From a virus (Duplodnaviria > Caudoviricetes): a stretch of DNA of 57,163 bases. Below, piece by piece: positions 44,172 through 53,428 of the stretch; position 1 is the first letter of the stretch, and each line of letters starts with the position of its first letter. The notes under the pieces were generated by a model. It had not been told where the DNA came from and did not search any database. It saw only the letters and a list, made by a program, of their open reading frames with translations. The translations under genes and the position numbers were made by a program. The stretch spans positions 1 to 57,163 of IMG/VR virus record IMGVR_UViG_3300037452_000193; one strand, given 5' to 3'.

Positions 44172-45428
44172 ATGCCCCTGATCCAAGGTACGGGGAACGC
44201 CTACCCGTCAGCACTGACCAACATCGGTATCGCCCTCGAGGCGACGACCGGGACCCCGATCACCCCGACCCATGTGATCCCGGTGAAGGGGCCGAAGTAC
44301 AAGCCGGATCTCATGTTCATCCCCGACGACACGCTCCAGGGATCCATGGTGCAGACCTACGACCTGGTGACGGGTCTGCGCTATGACGGACACGGGTGGA
44401 GCGGTCCTCCGTACCTGGACAGCTTCCCGAACTTCCTGTGTGCGGAGTTCGGCTCGGTGGACACGGTCACGGCCGCTCCTGCAAGCACCACCCTCAACGG
44501 GAACGTGGCTGCGGGGTCGACCACCGCGGTCGTCGCCTCCATGGGCTCGCCTCCGATCATCGCCGGGTCGTGGGTGACCTTCGGCTCTGCGTCTCTTGGG
44601 ACGCTCGAAACCCACCAGGTCCTGTCGGTGTCCACCGACACCTTGACACTGGTCGAGCCCATGATCTTCGCCCAGCCCACCGGTGGGACGGTCACGGGGT
44701 TGACCAAGCACCAGTTCTGTCTCCTCAACGCAGGTGGAAGGATCGGCGCCCAACCTCCATCCATGACGCTCATGGACTTCAACGGGGAAGAATGGCGCCA
44801 GATCTCCGCGGCGCAGCTCGACGAACTGACCATCAAGGGCAACGGGACCGGGCTGATCGACTACACCTGCACCTTCTTCGGCAACCCCGCCGTGGAGGAC
44901 GCCACGCCCCCGAGCCTGTCGGCCAACACCATCCAGACTCCTGCGCCATGGTCCTTCTACTGCTTGATCGGTCCCGTCGGCTCGTCCTTGGCGACCTTGG
45001 CCTCGACGGGGTACAACCCGTCGGTCACCGACTGGGAGTTCGACTTCAAGCGCGGGGTCAAGCCGATCCCCGCTCTGACGGGTCAGCAGGCCTACTTCCA
45101 ATACTTCGCCAACGTGCTGCAGAACTCGGGCAAGATGACCTTCATCGAGCAGAGCGGGTCTCCGCAGCTCAACAACTTCCTCACCGCACAGCGCCTCGTC
45201 TTCGACTTCTCGATCTTCGACATGAAGGCGGGATTCGCCATGAACTTCCACGCGTCGAACGCGGAGTTCAAGACGGGTGAGATCGACCGGTCCAAGGAAT
45301 GGGTGGACGTGCCGATGGAGTTCGAGCTCCTTCCGTCGACCACCGATCTCCTGACCGGTGGAAGCAACACCGGAGTCGGGCCGGTCATCGTGACCGTGGC
45401 CAACTCCACCACCACCGCCTATCACTAG
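44172..45428 (+). CDS. Major tail (tube) protein with inserted beta-domain
   Basis: GAGGAG RBS. IGIA.E.T.GT, D..L.GSM, H.F.LLN...QPPS.T..D. Confidence 0.85.
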   Translation: MPLIQGTGNAYPSALTNIGIALEATTGTPITPTHVIPVKGPKYKPDLMFIPDDTLQGSMVQTYDLVTGLRYDGHGWSGPPYLDSFPNFLCAEFGSVDTVTAAPASTTLNGNVAAGSTTAVVASMGSPPIIAGSWVTFGSASLGTLETHQVLSVSTDTLTLVEPMIFAQPTGGTVTGLTKHQFCLLNAGGRIGAQPPSMTLMDFNGEEWRQISAAQLDELTIKGNGTGLIDYTCTFFGNPAVEDATPPSLSANTIQTPAPWSFYCLIGPVGSSLATLASTGYNPSVTDWEFDFKRGVKPIPALTGQQAYFQYFANVLQNSGKMTFIEQSGSPQLNNFLTAQRLVFDFSIFDMKAGFAMNFHASNAEFKTGEIDRSKEWVDVPMEFELLPSTTDLLTGGSNTGVGPVIVTVANSTTTAYH

Positions 45429-45454
45429 GAATCAACCAAAGGGAGCCAACCCAA

Positions 45455-45988
45455 GTGAGCCAGACCAAGACCCTCAAGGACGGGACGGTGATCGTCCTTC
45501 GTGACCTAACAGAGCTGCGCGGCCGAGATCGGAATCTCCTCAAAGCCAGTGCGATTGCTGCGCAGTCAGCCATCGAGAAGCTCGGCCTCGAGGAGGTCGC
45601 ACCGGCCGAAGGCGAGTCTGACGAGGACTATGCCAAGCGCATCGGGAAGCTGCAGTCCGATGCCCACCTGAGCATCTATGAGGGTCTGGCGCTCCAGGAG
45701 GTGCAAGAGGCTGCAGTGGTGGCGTCGCTGATCTCGTGGTCTCGGAACGAACCTATTCCGACGATGGAGACGGTTGGGGACCTGGACGGAGACTTCCACG
45801 ACGAACTCGTTGCCGCGGTCGGCGCCGTGCCCTTCGCTGAGACCACCTTCGAGGAGCAGCCACAAGGCGAAAACCCTACTGGCAGCTCCAGCTCCTCAAG
45901 TACGCCGTCCAGGGACGGCTCGGAGCCGGACACAGGGTCGACCCCGACGTTGCCGAGCTCTGGCGAGAGCATCGCTACCGCCAGCTAG
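45455..45988 (+). CDS. Tail assembly chaperone (gpG-like)
   Basis: GGGAG RBS, GTG start. SWS....PT...DL and GENPT followed by a Ser-rich tail. Confidence 0.8.
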   Translation: MSQTKTLKDGTVIVLRDLTELRGRDRNLLKASAIAAQSAIEKLGLEEVAPAEGESDEDYAKRIGKLQSDAHLSIYEGLALQEVQEAAVVASLISWSRNEPIPTMETVGDLDGDFHDELVAAVGAVPFAETTFEEQPQGENPTGSSSSSSTPSRDGSEPDTGSTPTLPSSGESIATAS

Positions 45989-46128
45989 ACGGTCTCACCC
46001 ACGATCAATACCTCGACGAGCCGGCGATCATCGTCGACTACCGGCTGGGCTTCCTCGGGATCGAGGCGGAGATGGAGAAGGAAGCCATGGAGGAGGCCCA
46101 ACGCAAGGCTGAGTCGAGGCGCAGATAG
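45871..46128 (+). CDS. -1 frameshift extension of the tail assembly chaperone (gpGT-like)
   Basis: A AAC CCT heptamer at 45871-45877. The -1 frame is open to TAG 46126-46128 (YWQLQLLKY...YLDEP..IVD...EAQRKAESRRR*). Confidence 0.75.
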   Translation, partial: KPYWQLQLLKYAVQGRLGAGHRVDPDVAELWREHRYRQLDGLTHDQYLDEPAIIVDYRLGFLGIEAEMEKEAMEEAQRKAESRRR

Positions 46129-46580
46129 TGGGCGTCTACACGGCTGGGACAATTGCCGGTCTGGACGTCCTGGCCAAGAGGGTCGATAACGCGACGCGCC
46201 AGTCAGTGGCGGACGTCCTCGAACGGTTCCAGGGCGCAGGTCGCCTGCTCGCCCCGAAAGGAACGATCGGGAACACGACCAACGCTCCTGGGGACCTGGC
46301 TCGGTCCATCCTCGTGGAAGGGCCGTTTGGCGCGGACGGGGCCTTCGAGGGCCAGGTCGGGCCGACCGTCATCTACGGCCGACAGCGCGAGCTCGGCGGC
46401 CCGATCTTCGTGAAGCGGGCAAAGCAACTGCGCTTCGTGAAGTTCGGCACCGTCTACTACCGACATGCGGTCTTCCAGAAGCCCGAGCCGTACTTGAAGT
46501 CGGCCTACGATCTCGAGCAGCCGGTCATCCCAGGCATCGTCTACCGCGACCTTGAAGCCGCGTTGGCGGGGGCTCAGTAG
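46128..46580 (+). CDS. HK97-gp10-like neck / tail-completion protein
   Basis: GDL.RSI...VGPT.IY.R..ELGG...P.PYLK.A. Confidence 0.7.
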   Translation: MGVYTAGTIAGLDVLAKRVDNATRQSVADVLERFQGAGRLLAPKGTIGNTTNAPGDLARSILVEGPFGADGAFEGQVGPTVIYGRQRELGGPIFVKRAKQLRFVKFGTVYYRHAVFQKPEPYLKSAYDLEQPVIPGIVYRDLEAALAGAQ

Positions 46581-49500
46581 TGGCGGGCTATCTCCCTCCG
46601 GTCGTCATCACCGTCGTCGGGGAGGACGCCGACTTCCTGGCCATGATCGCCAGGGACAAGGCGATCCTTGCTGACTGGGCCGGCCAGCTCACGAACACGC
46701 AACTCGGGGCTGACGACGCGCAGGTCATCAGCGGAGTTGCCGCGGCCAAAGCCATCGTCGAGCAGTTCGGGACCGACTCAGCGGACGCGAAGCTCGGCGT
46801 GGACGACGGCGCCGTTGAGGCTGCCTTCTACAAGCTCGAAGCCGAGCTTGCCGCGATCGCCCGCCAGATCACCAATGCCCCCATCGGCGCAGACCTCACC
46901 ACTCAGTTCTTCGAGCAACTGGCCGAGATCAAGGAGTACATCCGCTCCAGCGGAGGGGACGCCCAGGTCGGGTTCGAGCTCGCGCCTGGTGCGTTGGCCG
47001 AACTGCGGGCGATGGTCAACGCGGCCACAGCCGACTCCATCGTCGACATGCACGTCGGGATCGACGAGGCCAGCGTCGCCCACACGATCCAGCAGGCGAT
47101 CCTTCTCAAGGCGGAGGTCGCCGCCATCCTCGGCCAGACCGACATGGTCATTGACGTCTCCGAGAAGGGACTGGCGGGAGTCGTTGCGGAGACCGCTGCA
47201 GCGAAGGCCGCCTCCGGGGGCCTCCTCGGAGGTGCAGGAGCCGCCACGGGCGGAGGGCTGCTCGGCAATCTGCTGTGGGGCGGCGGGACGGGCTTCATGG
47301 CCGCCCTCCTGTCCCCCCTCACAGGCCTCCAGAAGCTCTTCTCAGCCTCCTTCGGGAGCCTGGGGTCACTCGCTGGGTTCGGCCCCGAGCACGCCATCCT
47401 GACGGGTGTGGGCCTCGCTGGATCGCTCGGTGGCGCGGGACTCGGCGCCGGCCTCCTCGGGCTTGGCTCCCTCGGGGTGGCCGGTGTCGGGATGGGCACG
47501 GACATGGCCGGCCTCGGTCAAGCCGCGGGTGACATCAAGAACGTCACCTCGGCTCAGACCGCTCTCAACAACGCCATCCTCGGCTACGGCCCGGCCAGCA
47601 TCGAAGCGGCGGACGCTCAGGCCCAACTGACCATCGCGACGCAGACGTTCAGCCCGGTCGCTCGTGCTGCCGTCGTCCAAGTGTCGAACATGGCGCAGCA
47701 GTTCAAGTCTCAGTTCGATCAGGTGACGGGTGCCGCCGAGAAGACTGGCGCGCAGATCATCGGGCAATTCATTCAGCTCGGAGAGAAGTTCCTGCCCACC
47801 ATCGGCAAGTACGCCGCCGAGAACATGGACATCATCCAGAAGGGGCTGCAGCCGCTGATCCAATGGATCGGTGGACCTGGTCTCGCCATCTTCACCGAGC
47901 TCGAGGCGAAGTTTCAGAAGGATCTTCCGAGCGCCCTGCAGGCACTCACCAACGGCTTCGAGTTGCTGATCCGCACCATTGGTCTCGTCGCTCCGAAGAC
48001 CGGTGGACTCATCTCCTCCATCGACAAGTTCGTCACCAAGTACAACGGCGTCGACTGGGACAGGTGGGTCAAGGGCGTCGACAAGCTCATCGCCATCTTC
48101 CGGGTGTGGGATTCCTTCGCCAAGATCCTCGCCAAGGACGTCTTCGACATCTTCGGCAAGAGCGCCGGCCTCGGTGTCGGGATCATCGAGCTGCTCACTG
48201 GGAAGCTGCAGGGCCTTCACGCCGGGTTGCAGGGTCTTGGCGGTCAGCAACTCTCCACCCTGTTCACGGTCCACAAAGCTGAGATCCTCGCCCTCATCAC
48301 GGCGATTCTGAATGTGGGCAAGGCGTTCACGAGCATGTATTTGATCGCCGCGCCGGTCCTCGTGCAGGTGGCGACCCTGGTACTACGCGTCCTTGACGCG
48401 GTTCTCGAGTTCGTCAACCACTTCCCCGGCGGGTCGACCTTCCTGGGGTTCTTTCTGCTGGCTGGGAAGCTCGGCATCCTGCGTCCGCTGTTCTTGGGGG
48501 TGAGGGGCGACGCCGGCCTCCTGGAGACCACCCTTGCCAACATCGGGAAGATGGGCGGAAGGGCGTTCGTTTCGCTGCTCGAAAGCCTCGGTGGCGTTGC
48601 CGCGGCGATGCTCGGGGTCGAGACCGAATCAGTCGGACTTCGGATCGCTCTGGGTGCTCTGAGCACCGTCGGGGTCATCCTTCTCGGGGTGGCCATCTAC
48701 GAGATGGTCAAGCATCTCGGCGCGTTCCGCACTGCCCTCATCGTCGGAGCGGTCGCGGTCGGAGTCATCACCGCTTCCTTCCTTGGTCTCGACATCGCCT
48801 CGGGCGGCCTGATCCCGGCGATCGGTGCCCTGGCCGTGGCCATTCTCTACCTCGCGACCCACTGGAAACAGTCGTGGACGGACATCAAGCACGTCTTCGA
48901 CGACGCGGTCACCTTCCTGCGCTCGGGCTTCGGTACCCTCATCCTGCTGCTCCAGGGTCCGATCGGCGTCATGCTGCTGATCGCCCTCCACTGGCAGCAG
49001 TTGTGGAGCGTGATCCGAACCGTCGGCACCGACATCGTCAATTTCTTCGTCGGGCTGAATCGCGACATCACCCACGCCCTCGACGATCTGTCCTCCGCCC
49101 TCTACACCGCGGGCAAGGACGCCATCATGGGCCTGGTCCACGGGATTGAGGACGCCGCCCTCGCCCCGGTTCACGCCATCCAGAATGTCGGCAAGTCCAT
49201 CCTGCACGGGCTGTCGGACGTGGTGGGCTGGCTTTCCCCGTGGTCGACGACGATCCAGGCGGGGTCCGACGCCTCGGCTGGGCTGGCCCAAGGGATCACG
49301 GGCAACAGCGCGACGGCCGTCAACGCGGCGAAGACCGTAGCCAACCAGATCACGACGGCTTTCGGTTCCCTGACCCAGCCTGCTCAGGTGTCAGCGTCGG
49401 TCAAGAGCCTCGAAGGGATCTTCTCCGGGCTGGCCGGAGCGTTCAATGCTTTCGCTTCGGCCGCCAACAACGCTGCGTCCGTCGCGGGCAATCTGAATGC

Positions 49501-50968
49501 GGTCAAGTCGGCCGTCTCCGCCTTTGCTGAGGCCGCTCCAAAGGTCCTTGGTCCGCTGAGTTCCGTGGGGAACGCCTTCGCCAAGTTCACCGCCGGCCCT
49601 CAGATCAAAGCCTTTGCAGGGACGCTGTGGAACGTTGCCGCTGCCTTCAAGGCCTTCGGTGCCGCCGCCCGAGCGGCCAGTGGCGTCTCTGCTGGAGCCA
49701 TCTTCTCTCTGGTCGTGGGACTCGGTGCCCTGGCCAAGGACGCTCCGAAGATCGACGGGGCGATCTCGGGCATTGTGAACGCCTTCAAGGGGCTCGGGTC
49801 CCTGAAAGCCGTGGCCACCGATCTGAGCTCGGTCACCAAGGTCTTCGCCAATGTCGGCATCCTCTTCGTGGACTTCGGCAAGGCCGCCAGCGCCGCCTCG
49901 AGCGTGACCGTCCAGGCTGTCCAGTCCATGCTGGCTGGACTGCAGGGGCTGACCGACGCCGCACCCTGGATCTCGGCGGCCATCGGCAATATCGTCGAGG
50001 CCTTCTCCCAGCTCGACGAGACCAAGAAGATCGGAAACGACCTCGCTCAATTGTCCGGCGTGTTCAACGCTCTGGGCAAGGTCTTCTCCGCCTTCGGGGG
50101 TCTGGCCAAGTCCTCCTCCGACATCAGCGTGCTGGCCATGATCGGTGTCCTCGTGGCCATGCAGCGGATCCAGGGATTCGCCAACGCCTTCGTGCCCGCC
50201 CTCCAGGGGGTCGAGAAGGAGTTCTCCAAGCTCGGAAATCTGAGCGACCTGGAGAACCACCTGAACAGCCTCTCGGGCGACATCATGGCCCTGGGCAAGG
50301 TCTTCCAGTCCCTCTCAGGGGCCGCTCAGGCCGCTGCAGGGGTCACGCCGCAGGCTCTGGGCCAGATCACCACCGCCGTCCAGCAACTGGGCTCCGCCCT
50401 CGGTCAAATGGCGGGGGACATCAACTCGGCCGCCGGCCCAGCCTTGTCCGCTCTGAACTCGATGGTCTCCCAGATGCTGGCCGTGCTCAACGGCTCGGTC
50501 GGACAGTTCTCCTCGGCCGGGCAGTCCATCGGCGCCGCGATCACCCAAGGCATAACTGCGGGCGTCACGGCCAACGCGGGGGCGGCGGCGGCAGCGGCGG
50601 CGGCGGCGGGCGCCAGCACCATCGCTGCCGGTCGGGGATCGGTCCGGGCCCAGTCTCCTTCCCTGGACGGGTGGGATCTCGGGCGTGACATCGTCCTCGG
50701 GACGGCGCTGGGCATCTCTCAGAACGCCGGCCTTCTCCAGCAGGCCTACACGAGGACCATCGCTCCTTTCGCCACGGTCGGAGGGGCTGGAGCGGGTGCG
50801 GCCGGCGGCGGAGCGAACTGGCACGTTGAGGCCAACTTCAACATCTACGCCTCTTCCGCGAACGATGGGGCTGCGATCAAGCAGGCCATCGGAACCCAGG
50901 CTGCCGAGGAGTTCGCCAAGCAGATCGCGGTCTCTGTCCGTGCAGGAGCCGGGACGGTCTATTCGTGA
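46580..50968 (+). CDS. Tape measure protein (1462 aa)
   Basis: Long Ala/Gly-rich helical ORF with hydrophobic mid-region, W-periodic repeats and SP...G motifs. Confidence 0.92.
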   Translation: MAGYLPPVVITVVGEDADFLAMIARDKAILADWAGQLTNTQLGADDAQVISGVAAAKAIVEQFGTDSADAKLGVDDGAVEAAFYKLEAELAAIARQITNAPIGADLTTQFFEQLAEIKEYIRSSGGDAQVGFELAPGALAELRAMVNAATADSIVDMHVGIDEASVAHTIQQAILLKAEVAAILGQTDMVIDVSEKGLAGVVAETAAAKAASGGLLGGAGAATGGGLLGNLLWGGGTGFMAALLSPLTGLQKLFSASFGSLGSLAGFGPEHAILTGVGLAGSLGGAGLGAGLLGLGSLGVAGVGMGTDMAGLGQAAGDIKNVTSAQTALNNAILGYGPASIEAADAQAQLTIATQTFSPVARAAVVQVSNMAQQFKSQFDQVTGAAEKTGAQIIGQFIQLGEKFLPTIGKYAAENMDIIQKGLQPLIQWIGGPGLAIFTELEAKFQKDLPSALQALTNGFELLIRTIGLVAPKTGGLISSIDKFVTKYNGVDWDRWVKGVDKLIAIFRVWDSFAKILAKDVFDIFGKSAGLGVGIIELLTGKLQGLHAGLQGLGGQQLSTLFTVHKAEILALITAILNVGKAFTSMYLIAAPVLVQVATLVLRVLDAVLEFVNHFPGGSTFLGFFLLAGKLGILRPLFLGVRGDAGLLETTLANIGKMGGRAFVSLLESLGGVAAAMLGVETESVGLRIALGALSTVGVILLGVAIYEMVKHLGAFRTALIVGAVAVGVITASFLGLDIASGGLIPAIGALAVAILYLATHWKQSWTDIKHVFDDAVTFLRSGFGTLILLLQGPIGVMLLIALHWQQLWSVIRTVGTDIVNFFVGLNRDITHALDDLSSALYTAGKDAIMGLVHGIEDAALAPVHAIQNVGKSILHGLSDVVGWLSPWSTTIQAGSDASAGLAQGITGNSATAVNAAKTVANQITTAFGSLTQPAQVSASVKSLEGIFSGLAGAFNAFASAANNAASVAGNLNAVKSAVSAFAEAAPKVLGPLSSVGNAFAKFTAGPQIKAFAGTLWNVAAAFKAFGAAARAASGVSAGAIFSLVVGLGALAKDAPKIDGAISGIVNAFKGLGSLKAVATDLSSVTKVFANVGILFVDFGKAASAASSVTVQAVQSMLAGLQGLTDAAPWISAAIGNIVEAFSQLDETKKIGNDLAQLSGVFNALGKVFSAFGGLAKSSSDISVLAMIGVLVAMQRIQGFANAFVPALQGVEKEFSKLGNLSDLENHLNSLSGDIMALGKVFQSLSGAAQAAAGVTPQALGQITTAVQQLGSALGQMAGDINSAAGPALSALNSMVSQMLAVLNGSVGQFSSAGQSIGAAITQGITAGVTANAGAAAAAAAAAGASTIAAGRGSVRAQSPSLDGWDLGRDIVLGTALGISQNAGLLQQAYTRTIAPFATVGGAGAGAAGGGANWHVEANFNIYASSANDGAAIKQAIGTQAAEEFAKQIAVSVRAGAGTVYS

Positions 50969-51321
50969 GCTACCTCCGCACCTGTCCGATCTGCGGAGCG
51001 GAGCTGGCTCCCAACATGGACGGACCCTGGACTCCTCCATGGAGGTGCGACGCCTGTTTCATGTCGTGGTGGGTGGCCGAGCTCACCCCCGAGGCGCGCG
51101 CTTCCTTCGATCGAGAGCGCCGGGACCACGGATATGCAGGGTCCCCCTCTCAGAAAGCGGTACGCGAGGGAGTGCGCATCGAAGCCGAGGAGGCGGCCGT
51201 ACGTGGCACCTGCATCCGACGGGAGCAGATCGGCCTCGTGCCCAAAGAGACCTTGTCCGCCCTGCTCGCCCGTCACCGGGTCGCCCCCGACTTCGCCGCG
51301 CAGATGACCGCACAGAGGTGA
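50965..51321 (+). CDS. Small zinc-ribbon protein
   Basis: CPICG...WRCDAC. GTGA coupling. Confidence 0.6.
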   Translation: MSYLRTCPICGAELAPNMDGPWTPPWRCDACFMSWWVAELTPEARASFDRERRDHGYAGSPSQKAVREGVRIEAEEAAVRGTCIRREQIGLVPKETLSALLARHRVAPDFAAQMTAQR

Positions 51322-51324
51322 GCC

Positions 51325-52245
51325 ATGGGCGTCATCGTCGTACCGGGCGTCGTCGCCCCACTTCCGTATGCGCCCACGCTCCTCTCTCCGCCCAACGGAG
51401 CCTTTGAGGATCTCTCCCAAGAGCCTGTCTTCACCTGGCAATACAACCCGGCTCAGACAGGCCTGACCCAGACCGCCTACCAGTTCGCCATCCTGGTCAA
51501 CGGCGGCTCGACACCGCTCTACTGGAACTACGGCGCCCACACCTTCCAGACGACCCCCTATTGGATCTCAGGGGCTTTCCAGTCCCTCATCTTCCCCATG
51601 GGGGCCTTCACCGACGGCAACGTCTACCAGTGGACCGTGGCCACGCAGGATGCCAACGGACGCGGGCCGGCCGCCAACCTCTGGACGATCAACGCTCAAG
51701 CTCCCCCGGTCGTCACCGTCCTCACCCCTTCGGGGACAATCACCACCTCGACCCCGATCGTGTCCTGGGGGATGTCCTTCCCCACCGGTGTCACTCAGAC
51801 GGGCTTCCGAGTCATCATCTACAACGAGACGCAGTACACGGCTGCGGGCTTCACGCCCGGCTCGGGCCCGGCGGTCTACGACACCGGCCTGGTCGGCTCG
51901 ACGTACACGACCTCGGTCGATCTCTCGACCATCCCCGTCAACCTGCAGAACACGGTCTCCTATCGGGCCTACGTCCAGGTCACCGAGTCGGGGGGACAAG
52001 CGTCCGCGTGGGCCTATTCATCCTTCACGGTCACCTACTTCGCTCCGAACGTCCCCGTCATCACCGCGGCCCAGGGGACTGATCCTGGCACGGGGATGCC
52101 GGTGATCGACCTCTTGGTGGTCGGGCAGGACAACCTCCTGTCCGCTCAGGACGCCAACCCGACATTGGGCCTCGGCTCCTGGCGCCCCCTCGCCAACTGC
52201 ACGGTCGCCTCCACTGGCTCCGGTCTCCAGATGACGAGGAGCTGA
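51325..52245 (+). CDS. Minor tail protein (FN3-like repeats)
   Basis: PTL.SP.NG, F.W.Y, QTAY, YQW.VAT.D..G, YRAYV.V. Confidence 0.75.
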   Translation: MGVIVVPGVVAPLPYAPTLLSPPNGAFEDLSQEPVFTWQYNPAQTGLTQTAYQFAILVNGGSTPLYWNYGAHTFQTTPYWISGAFQSLIFPMGAFTDGNVYQWTVATQDANGRGPAANLWTINAQAPPVVTVLTPSGTITTSTPIVSWGMSFPTGVTQTGFRVIIYNETQYTAAGFTPGSGPAVYDTGLVGSTYTTSVDLSTIPVNLQNTVSYRAYVQVTESGGQASAWAYSSFTVTYFAPNVPVITAAQGTDPGTGMPVIDLLVVGQDNLLSAQDANPTLGLGSWRPLANCTVASTGSGLQMTRS

Positions 52246-52246
52246 G

Positions 52247-53428
52247 GTGCCCGGAGCCTACGGAACCGGCGCCTACGGGACTGAACCCTATGGCTCCGAG
52301 ACTCCCAGCGGGCACGCCACCGCCTCGGCCTCGCTCTCGGCGTCCTTCTCCGGGTCGGGCAGCGCGGTCGTCAACTACATCGCGTCCGCCTCGCTCTCCG
52401 CGTCTTTCTCAGGGACGGCGGTCTCTTCCGGTGCGGGGATGGAGGCGCAGACCGCGCCGGGCACGGGCGGGTACGCGGTGGCGGCATCGACCGAGTACAC
52501 GGCGATCGCCTCCTTCCAAGCCGCGACCACGGGTCGGATGTGCCAAGTGGGGATCATCTGGTACGACGCGACGGGAACCCAGGTCGGAAGCATTGTCGGA
52601 ACGGGAGTTACCGACAACACGAGCACTCCGACCCAGGCCGTCTGCACGGCGACCTCCCCCCTCACTGCAGCCTTCGCCTCTGTGTTCACGGTGGTCGTGA
52701 CCTCTTCGTCGGGGGAGGTCCACGACGTCACCGACATCGACCTGGCCCCGGGGATGAACACGACCTGGTCCCAGGGGGGATTGGCAGGGCTCACCGAGGT
52801 GATCCTCCTGCGCTCGGATGGCCTGTACGTGCGCACGGCGTCGATCGCCAACCCCTACCGTTTGCCCCTCACAACTCAGACCCAGATCATCGAGGACCTC
52901 GAGGCGGTCCCGACCGTCGCCTACACCTACCAGGCGCAAATCGCGGTGAACGTCGGGGGCGACCTGATGCTCTCCGCGGCGGCAACGTCGAACAGTGTCA
53001 CGCTGGTCACGACCGGGTGGTGGGAGGTTGACCCCAACAACCCGTCCTCGGCCGTGTCGGCGCAGGCGATCAACTGGGAGCCGCAGGTCACCGAGCAATC
53101 AACCGCTCACCTCGTCATGGGCCAGCAGACCCCGAACGTGGTGGCCAACGTCATGGGTGGGCTGGACGGGCAGGCCACTTTCGAGACCTTCGACCCGGAC
53201 ACCTACGCCGACTTCCAGGCGCTCCTGACCAGCCAGTCGACCATCTGGGTCTCCTCTCCCTTCGGCCCGACCGACTCGGCCTACGTGCGCTTCGGACCCC
53301 AGACTGGAGGGTTGTCCTCGGGGTCGGGCAACAAGGTCAATGACTCTTCGCTGCTCCCCGGTACTTCCGAGAACATGCACCGCACCACGGCTGTGACGTG
53401 GGTGGCGCAGGCGAGGCCTCCGGTATGA
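52247..53428 (+). CDS. Minor tail protein with carbohydrate-binding-like module
   Basis: YG repeats at the N-terminus. YTA.A.F....I.WYD..G.....TSP..AA.A module. Confidence 0.7.
   Translation: MPGAYGTGAYGTEPYGSETPSGHATASASLSASFSGSGSAVVNYIASASLSASFSGTAVSSGAGMEAQTAPGTGGYAVAASTEYTAIASFQAATTGRMCQVGIIWYDATGTQVGSIVGTGVTDNTSTPTQAVCTATSPLTAAFASVFTVVVTSSSGEVHDVTDIDLAPGMNTTWSQGGLAGLTEVILLRSDGLYVRTASIANPYRLPLTTQTQIIEDLEAVPTVAYTYQAQIAVNVGGDLMLSAAATSNSVTLVTTGWWEVDPNNPSSAVSAQAINWEPQVTEQSTAHLVMGQQTPNVVANVMGGLDGQATFETFDPDTYADFQALLTSQSTIWVSSPFGPTDSAYVRFGPQTGGLSSGSGNKVNDSSLLPGTSENMHRTTAVTWVAQARPPV

Noticed and set aside
30419-51040. Long antisense ORFs (e.g. 30419..32257, 32419..33984, 39868..41484, 44208..45425)
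   Set aside because: Shadow ORFs expected in high-GC DNA opposite well-supported structural genes. They carry no motifs.
52257-52265. Extra CCTACGGAA copy, and a partial one near 12512
   Set aside because: Both are inside coding sequence (AYGT and PLRR) and not at an RBS, so they were treated as chance.
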